Source of the DNA: Verrucomicrobiota bacterium | Lineage (GTDB): Bacteria > Verrucomicrobiota > Verrucomicrobiia > Limisphaerales > UBA11358 | Assembly (NCBI GenBank): GCA_028873125.1 | Contig: JAGWMQ010000003.1 | Location: forward strand, 15,295-79,294 | DNA length: 64,000 bases | Reading direction: 5' to 3' | Shown: one piece after another, positions 58,326 through 64,000 of the stretch | Numbering within the stretch: the first letter of the stretch is position 1 | Layout: the number at the start of each line of letters is the position of its first letter | Program-made: the position numbers and the translations under genes | Notes under the pieces: generated by a model | Told to the model about the DNA's origin: nothing | Databases searched by the model: none | The model's input: only the letters and a program-made list of their open reading frames with translations

Positions 58326-60392
58326 ATGAAAACTTCTCCGCTCGTTTTGCCGGCATCGTTCCTCCTGTGCCTCGCGGCCGTCGCCGGACTTTCCCAGACG
58401 GTTCCCGTCCCGGAAAATCTCCAGCGGCTCGTCGCCCAGGAAGACACCGACGGCGACAAAAAAATCACCGTGCATGATCACGTTCAACCCTTTCAAATTC
58501 AGGGCGCCAACGGCGCGACGCTGGCCGTGGTCAAGGGCGTTTATCCGCTGTCGGTGCTGCTGCAGGAATTGAAACGCGCCGAGCACCAGCACCGCCTGAA
58601 GATCCGGATGAGCGGGCTCAAACTCCACGAATCCGTCGTGGACCGCACCCACCGGCTCATCCGCCAATATTATTGGGACGCCCTGACCAGGCGGATTGAC
58701 GCGTCGCATCTGGACCAGGTGGTTCACGACCCGAAGGTTCAAGCGAAGGAAGATTACCTTTACGTGCCCGCTTCCGACACCAATGCCGTTCGTTACTTTC
58801 AAAGCATCGAAAAAACCGCGGACGCCAAAGGCCGTTGGCCGGCGTTGAAGGTGGTCCTGCTGCCTTCGCCGGACAAAATCACCGGCGAATTCGTCCGTGA
58901 ACTGGACGGGGAACACGGCCTGTTGAGCCTGGCGCTGGAAACCAACGCGGACGGAAACATCGTCGGCGTGCCCTATGTCGTCCCCGGCGGGCGGTTCAAC
59001 GAGCTGTATTACTGGGACAGTTATTTCATCGTGCTCGGCCTGCTGCAGGACGGGCGGCGGGACCTGGCGCGCGGCATGGCCGACAACCTGCTCTATGAAA
59101 TGCGGCACTACGGAAAAATTCCGAACGCCAACCGCACCTATTATCTCACGCGCTCGCAGCCGCCGTTTCTGACCTCCATCCTCCGCGCGGTGTATGAGGC
59201 CGGCGCGGCGGACAAGTCGTGGCTGGCCGCCTCGCTGAAAACCGCCGTCGCCGAATACGAAAACGTGTGGATGGGCCGGGACCGGCTGGTGAAAATCGGG
59301 CCTTACAAATTGAATCGTTATTACGGTTCCGGCATCGGCCCGTGTCCCGAGGTGCAACCCGGCGGCTATGATGATCAAATTCAGCCGTGGCTAGCGCGGG
59401 CGAATGCCGGTTTGGAGCGCGGCGACGTGTCGCCTCTTTCAAAGCGCGGACATGTCCGCGCACTCCAAACGCCGCTGACGCCGTTCCGCTTTTTGAACGA
59501 GTTTCTTTATTGCGGAAAATTTTCCGGGCTGAAGGCGAACGGGATGACCTTGAGGTGGTTCTTCACGAACGACCGCGCCGTCCGCGAATCCGGCCACGAC
59601 ACCACGCATCGTTTCGACGACCGCACCACGGATTTTGTCCCGGTGGACCTGAACTCGCTGCTCTACAAATACGAGACGGATTTCGCCGACGTTCTGGAAA
59701 CCGAGTTCAGTGGAAAACTGCCCAGCCTCGGAAGGAATTTCGGCAACGCGGCGTACTGGCGGCGGCAGGCGCAACTTCGGAAGCGGGCGATGATCAAGCT
59801 GATGTGGGACAACCAGCGCGGGTTTTTCTTCGACTACGATTTCGTCCATCACCGGCGCTCGACCTACATCAGCGCGACCGGATTGTATCCCCTTTGGGCG
59901 AAACTGCTCGACGCCAACAATCCGGCGGAACGCGTCGACGCGCGGCGGATGGTCGCCTATGCGCATGAAAAATTGGAAGAACCATTCGGCTTGGCGGCCA
60001 GCGCGGAGGAATCCGTCGCCGCCGCGCGCACGCACGATCCGCGGCAGTGGGATTATCCCTACGGCTGGGCGCCGCATCAAATGCTGGCCTGGCAGGGGAT
60101 CAAGAATTACGGCTTCGATGCCGACGCCGAGAGCCTGGCCTACCGCTGGCTCTACTGCGTCGCCAAAAACGCGCGCGACTACGACGGCGTGATCCCGGAA
60201 AAATACAACGTCGTGACCGGCTCGCACGCGGTGTTCGTCGAATACGGAAACGTCGGGACCAAGTTCGACTACATCACGCCCGAAGGTTTCGGCTGGATGA
60301 ACGCCTCGTTCGAGGTGGGGCTGACGTTCCTCTCGCCGCGGCGCCTGGCGGATTTAAAGACATTGAGACCGCCACCGGAAGTGACGCGGTAG
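58326..60392 (+). CDS. Secreted alpha,alpha-trehalase (GH37) with N-terminal DxDxDG Ca-binding-like motif
   Basis: Signal peptide; DTDGDKKITVHD; trehalase blocks PGGRFNELYYWDSYF, RSQPPFL, ESGHD, DYPYGWAPHQ. Confidence 0.85.
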   Translation: MKTSPLVLPASFLLCLAAVAGLSQTVPVPENLQRLVAQEDTDGDKKITVHDHVQPFQIQGANGATLAVVKGVYPLSVLLQELKRAEHQHRLKIRMSGLKLHESVVDRTHRLIRQYYWDALTRRIDASHLDQVVHDPKVQAKEDYLYVPASDTNAVRYFQSIEKTADAKGRWPALKVVLLPSPDKITGEFVRELDGEHGLLSLALETNADGNIVGVPYVVPGGRFNELYYWDSYFIVLGLLQDGRRDLARGMADNLLYEMRHYGKIPNANRTYYLTRSQPPFLTSILRAVYEAGAADKSWLAASLKTAVAEYENVWMGRDRLVKIGPYKLNRYYGSGIGPCPEVQPGGYDDQIQPWLARANAGLERGDVSPLSKRGHVRALQTPLTPFRFLNEFLYCGKFSGLKANGMTLRWFFTNDRAVRESGHDTTHRFDDRTTDFVPVDLNSLLYKYETDFADVLETEFSGKLPSLGRNFGNAAYWRRQAQLRKRAMIKLMWDNQRGFFFDYDFVHHRRSTYISATGLYPLWAKLLDANNPAERVDARRMVAYAHEKLEEPFGLAASAEESVAAARTHDPRQWDYPYGWAPHQMLAWQGIKNYGFDADAESLAYRWLYCVAKNARDYDGVIPEKYNVVTGSHAVFVEYGNVGTKFDYITPEGFGWMNASFEVGLTFLSPRRLADLKTLRPPPEVTR

Positions 60393-60447
60393 ATTGATCT
60401 TTGCCGGACCTCAGCAGGCTCCAACCTTCCAAAAATGCATAAGGTTC

Positions 60448-60476
60448 TTGACAGAATTGCAGGCTGATGGTATTAG
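60448..60476 (+). promoter_or_regulatory. Candidate sigma-70 promoter (TTGACA-17 nt-TATTAG)
   Basis: ttgaca at 60448-60453, a 17-nt spacer, and tattag at 60471-60476, in an AT-richer patch about 285 nt upstream of the beta-helix gene. Confidence 0.35.
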
Positions 60477-60759
60477 AAATTAGTTTGTTCGAGGGCCGTT
60501 CAGAGGGTCGCCGGGAGACCCGAAACTGTGAGGATTAGGAGGTCAATTGGGTGGTCAATCCATGTTTTACAGACGGTTGCCTTCGGTCGGCGGGAAAAAC
60601 CGGCTGCCGATCATGGCCTTGCGCGCGGGAGTGTCGGCCGGTTCGGTTGTTCCAGTTGTCACACCGCCTCACTCCGCACTCCCGTCTTCCGGCGCCCGAA
60701 CAACTCTCCGCCTCGCATCAAACTTTGGAAAAACCCAACGCAACCCGAAACCAAGCATT

Positions 60760-62406
60760 ATGAAAACCAAATTCAACCGTATCCTCCTTGCCACCGCAGC
60801 CCTGTCACTGCTGTGGGCCGGATCCGTCCATCTCCGGGCGGCAACCACAACCCTCTTCGTTACCAACACCGCCGACAGCGGTCCCGGTTCGCTGCGCGCC
60901 GCCCTGGCCGGCGCCGGCGACGGCGACACCATTGATGCGACCGGCGTCTCCGGCACGATCATCCTGACCAACGGCCAACTGGCCGTTTCCAGGGGCGTGA
61001 CGGTCCTCGGCCCCGGCGCCGCCGTGTTGACGGTGAGCGGCAACCACGCCTCGCGCGTGTTCAACGTCACCGGCGCCAACGTGACCATCCGCAGCCTGAC
61101 GATTGCCGACGGTCAAAGCGCCCAGAGCGGCGCGGGGATCAACGCCAGCGGCAACTCTGGCAGTGTCATAGCCGTCACCGATTGTATTTTCACCAACAAC
61201 GGCACCTTGCTGGACGGCGGCGGCATCTGCGACAATCCCGGCGTCACAATGACGATCAGTAATTGCACTGTCTCCGGCAATAGCGCGACTGGCGCGGGTG
61301 GCGGTATCGTCAATAACAATTCAACTGTGACGCTCGTCGCCAGCACCATGACCGGCAATTCGGCCAACCTCGGCGGCGCCATCTTCAACGAAGGCGCCTC
61401 GCCCAGCGGCACGCTCACGATCCTCGCCAGCACCTTGAACAATAACTCAGCCAATTACGGCGCCGCCATTTACACCGGCAGCGGCGGCTCGGGCAACGCG
61501 ACGGTGACGATCGCCAGCAGCACCCTCAGCGACAACTCGGGGCACGAAAGCATCAACAATGACTGCTATTGGGGAGGCACTGCGACGTTAAAAATCAACG
61601 CCAGCACTTTCAGCCATGAAAAAATTTTCAACGACGGCGGGACGCTGGAGACCGGCGACACTATCTTCAACGCCTGCGTGCCGCCTTCGGCTGCAAACTT
61701 GATCAATAGAGGAGGCGCGATTACGTCCTGCGGTTACAACCTCAGCAGCGATGACGGTGGAGGTTTCCTGACCAATGCGACTGACCAAATCAACACTGAT
61801 CCCAAACTCGGCTCATTGCAGAACAACGGCGGCCCGACGCCCACCCATGCGTTGTTGGCCGGCAGTCCGGCCTTGGACAAGGGCAAACGCGATGCCGTCC
61901 AGGCGCTGGCCGTCAACCTTGACCAGCGCGGCTTTGCCCGACCGGTGGACGATCCTTTCCTGGGCAATGCCGCGGGCGGCGACGGCAGCGACATCGGGGC
62001 GTTTGAATCCCAGAGCGGCACGGACACCGATGCCGACGGGTTGCCCGATTCTTGGGAACTGACCTATTTCGGCGGTTTGAGCACGTGCGCCACGGACGAC
62101 CCCGACGGTGACGGGCAGAACAACCTGTTCGAGTACGTCGCCGGACTGAATCCCACCAACCCGGCTTCCGTCTTCCAGGTGCGAGTTGAAAATGTGACCG
62201 GCCAGCCGGACCAAAAGAAGCTGACTTTCAAGCCGTGGGTTAGCGGCCGGACCTATACGCCGGAATTCACGACCAACTTGACCGCCGCCTTCGCTCCGTT
62301 AACTGGCGACACAACTTCGGTAACCAATGACACCGAAGTCGTCGTTACCGACCTCAATGCCGGCGGAGCGGCAAGATACTATCGCATCCGACTTTCCCTG
62401 CCGTAG
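60760..62406 (+). CDS. Secreted right-handed parallel beta-helix repeat protein (adhesin/Pmp-like) with C-terminal TSP3-type Ca-binding repeats
   Basis: Signal peptide MKTKFNRILLATAALSLLWAGS. Repeated N-x-A/G-x-GGAI/GGGI beta-helix rungs. DTDADGLPDSWE and DDPDGDGQNNLFEY. Confidence 0.75.
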   Translation: MKTKFNRILLATAALSLLWAGSVHLRAATTTLFVTNTADSGPGSLRAALAGAGDGDTIDATGVSGTIILTNGQLAVSRGVTVLGPGAAVLTVSGNHASRVFNVTGANVTIRSLTIADGQSAQSGAGINASGNSGSVIAVTDCIFTNNGTLLDGGGICDNPGVTMTISNCTVSGNSATGAGGGIVNNNSTVTLVASTMTGNSANLGGAIFNEGASPSGTLTILASTLNNNSANYGAAIYTGSGGSGNATVTIASSTLSDNSGHESINNDCYWGGTATLKINASTFSHEKIFNDGGTLETGDTIFNACVPPSAANLINRGGAITSCGYNLSSDDGGGFLTNATDQINTDPKLGSLQNNGGPTPTHALLAGSPALDKGKRDAVQALAVNLDQRGFARPVDDPFLGNAAGGDGSDIGAFESQSGTDTDADGLPDSWELTYFGGLSTCATDDPDGDGQNNLFEYVAGLNPTNPASVFQVRVENVTGQPDQKKLTFKPWVSGRTYTPEFTTNLTAAFAPLTGDTTSVTNDTEVVVTDLNAGGAARYYRIRLSLP

Positions 62407-62426
62407 CCTGATTGGTTCCGGGAGGC

Positions 62427-62457
62427 AAAAAGGCGCCGATGAGCTCTGCGCCTTTTT
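62427..62457. terminator. Bidirectional rho-independent terminator between convergent genes
   Basis: aaaaaggcgc-cgatgagctct-gcgccttttt: a GC stem flanked by an A-run and a T-run. Confidence 0.7.
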
Positions 62458-62515
62458 CATTTGTAGCGTCGCGTCGTGAGCGGCGGGTGGGGTCGCTCAA
62501 AAACCGCCGCTGCAA

Positions 62516-63988
62516 CTACACGTTGTAAGTGCCGCTGGCGGTTGCGCCGCCGTGGCCGGTCCAGTTGGTGTGGAAAAATTCGCCGCGCGGCTTGTCCACG
62601 CGCTCGTAGGTGTGCGCGCCGAAATAGTCGCGCTGCGCCTGCAGCAGGTTCGCCGGCAATTGCGCGCTGCGGTAGCCGTCGAAAAAGGCCAGCGCGGTGC
62701 CGAAGGCGGGCGCGGGGATGCCGCGTTTGGCCGCGGTGGCCACGACGTTGCGCCAGCCCTTCTGGCAGCGCTTGATCTCGCCGCGGAAATAATCGTCCAG
62801 CAGCGGGTTCGTCAGCCTGGGATTCCGGTCGTAGGCCTCCTTGATCTTGCCCAGGAACCGGGAGCGGATGATGCAGCCGCCGCGCCACATGAGCGCGATG
62901 CCGCCGTAATTGAGGTTCCATTTGTATTCCGCCGCCGCGGCGCGCATGAGCATGTAACCCTGCGCATAGCTGACGATCTTCGAGGCGTAAAGCGCGTCGC
63001 GGACGTCGGCGACGAATTGCTTTTTCCTGGCGTCGTTTTTGGCGATGGCGGTGAGCGCCGGACGCGGGCCTTTCAATTTTTTCGCCGCCTTGACGCGCTC
63101 GTCCTTCAGCGCGGAGACGCAGCGCGCGTAAACCGCCTCGGCGATGAGCGTGATGGGCATCCCCAGATCGGCGCTGTTCTGCACCGTCCATTTGCCGGTG
63201 CCCTTTTGTCCGGCGGCGTCGAGAATCTTGTCCACCAGCGGCGCGCCGTCGGAATCCTTGTAGGCGAGAATGTCGCGCGTGATTTCGACGAGGTAGGAAT
63301 CGAGTTCGCCCTGGTTCCATTCGGCGAACACGTCGTGCATCTCCGGCGCCCCCAGGCCGAGGCCGCTTTTCAGGATGTGGTAGGCCTCGCAGATCAACTG
63401 CATGTCGCCGTATTCGATGCCGTTGTGGACCATCTTGACATAATGGCCGGCGCCGTTTTCGCCCACCCAATCGCAGCACGGGACGCCGTCGGCGGTCTTG
63501 GCGGCGATGCCCTGGAAAATGTCCTTCACGTGCGGCCAGGCGACCGGCGAGCCGCCGGGCATGATGCTCGGGCCGCGCCGCGCGCCTTCCTCGCCGCCGC
63601 TCACGCCGGTGCCGATGTAGAGCAGACCCTTGCCCTCGACGTATTTGGCGCGGCGGTTGGTGTCTTCAAACAGGGAATTGCCCCCGTCAATGAGGATGTC
63701 CCCCGGTTCGAGCAGCGGCAGCAGGTGTTCGATGAATTCGTCCACCGGCGGCCCGGCCTTGACCATGAGCATGACCCGGCGCGGCTTTTTCAGCAGCGCG
63801 ACCATTTCCTGGAGGGAATGGGCGCCAATCACTTTCGTGCCCTTGGCTTCGTTGGCCAGGAAGTGGTCCACCTTTTCGACGGTGCGATTGAACGCGACGA
63901 CGGTGAAGCCGTGGTCGTTCATGTTCAAAATGAGGTTCTGGCCCATGACGGCCAGCCCGATGAGTGCGATATCAGCGTTTGGTTCCAT
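62516..63988 (-). CDS. gnd: 6-phosphogluconate dehydrogenase (decarboxylating)
   Basis: IGLAVMGQNLILN, GTGVSGGEEGA, GAGHYVKMVHNGIEYGDMQLI, RDYFGAHTYER. Confidence 0.95.
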   Translation of the reverse strand: MEPNADIALIGLAVMGQNLILNMNDHGFTVVAFNRTVEKVDHFLANEAKGTKVIGAHSLQEMVALLKKPRRVMLMVKAGPPVDEFIEHLLPLLEPGDILIDGGNSLFEDTNRRAKYVEGKGLLYIGTGVSGGEEGARRGPSIMPGGSPVAWPHVKDIFQGIAAKTADGVPCCDWVGENGAGHYVKMVHNGIEYGDMQLICEAYHILKSGLGLGAPEMHDVFAEWNQGELDSYLVEITRDILAYKDSDGAPLVDKILDAAGQKGTGKWTVQNSADLGMPITLIAEAVYARCVSALKDERVKAAKKLKGPRPALTAIAKNDARKKQFVADVRDALYASKIVSYAQGYMLMRAAAAEYKWNLNYGGIALMWRGGCIIRSRFLGKIKEAYDRNPRLTNPLLDDYFRGEIKRCQKGWRNVVATAAKRGIPAPAFGTALAFFDGYRSAQLPANLLQAQRDYFGAHTYERVDKPRGEFFHTNWTGHGGATASGTYNV

Positions 63989-64000
63989 AAAATTAAAAAA

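Overview
High-GC (~60-65%) diderm bacterial chromosome. The gene content and repeat families suggest Verrucomicrobiota or a related PVC lineage, but that is low-confidence inference. Coding density is high, and most long ORFs antisense to real genes are GC-driven shadow ORFs. Housekeeping content: an ECF sigma / ZAS anti-sigma / rhodanese operon; an MqnA/MqnD-family gene; two tail-to-tail toxin-antitoxin pairs; kdsA-kdsC-lptC-lptA-lptB-hprK-ptsH; gatC-gatA; cimA; valS; a suhB-like gene; rdgB; mgtA; erpA; a large TPR protein; tdh-kbl; an EamA transporter; GH16 and a large GH106-like hydrolase; three histidine kinases and a response regulator; an aquaporin; trehalase; a secreted beta-helix protein; gnd. 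The largest accessory block is a 12-gene minus-strand type II secretion-like operon (35269-47470, gspE-F-G-H-I-J-K-L-M-C-D). Its genes are chained by ATGA overlaps. Its secretin is split into two ORFs that each carry a signal peptide. All its pseudopilins have unusually long leader peptides. The observation I consider most novel is a family of ~110-130 bp structured palindromic repeats (ends ggggagcgc...gcgctcccc, two internal hairpins with compensatory substitutions). These sit inside essential genes and are read through in frame, three copies in valS and one in mgtA, which recalls Rickettsia palindromic elements. Other repeat systems are present. A ttccaag-periodic long hairpin exactly fills two intercistronic gaps (kdsA|kdsC and gspE|gspF). 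A GxxExxY / PD-(D/E)XK-like small gene is bracketed by aattcgcg-type inverted repeats. valS carries a 41% GC in-frame insertion. No rRNA, tRNA or CRISPR array was recognised.
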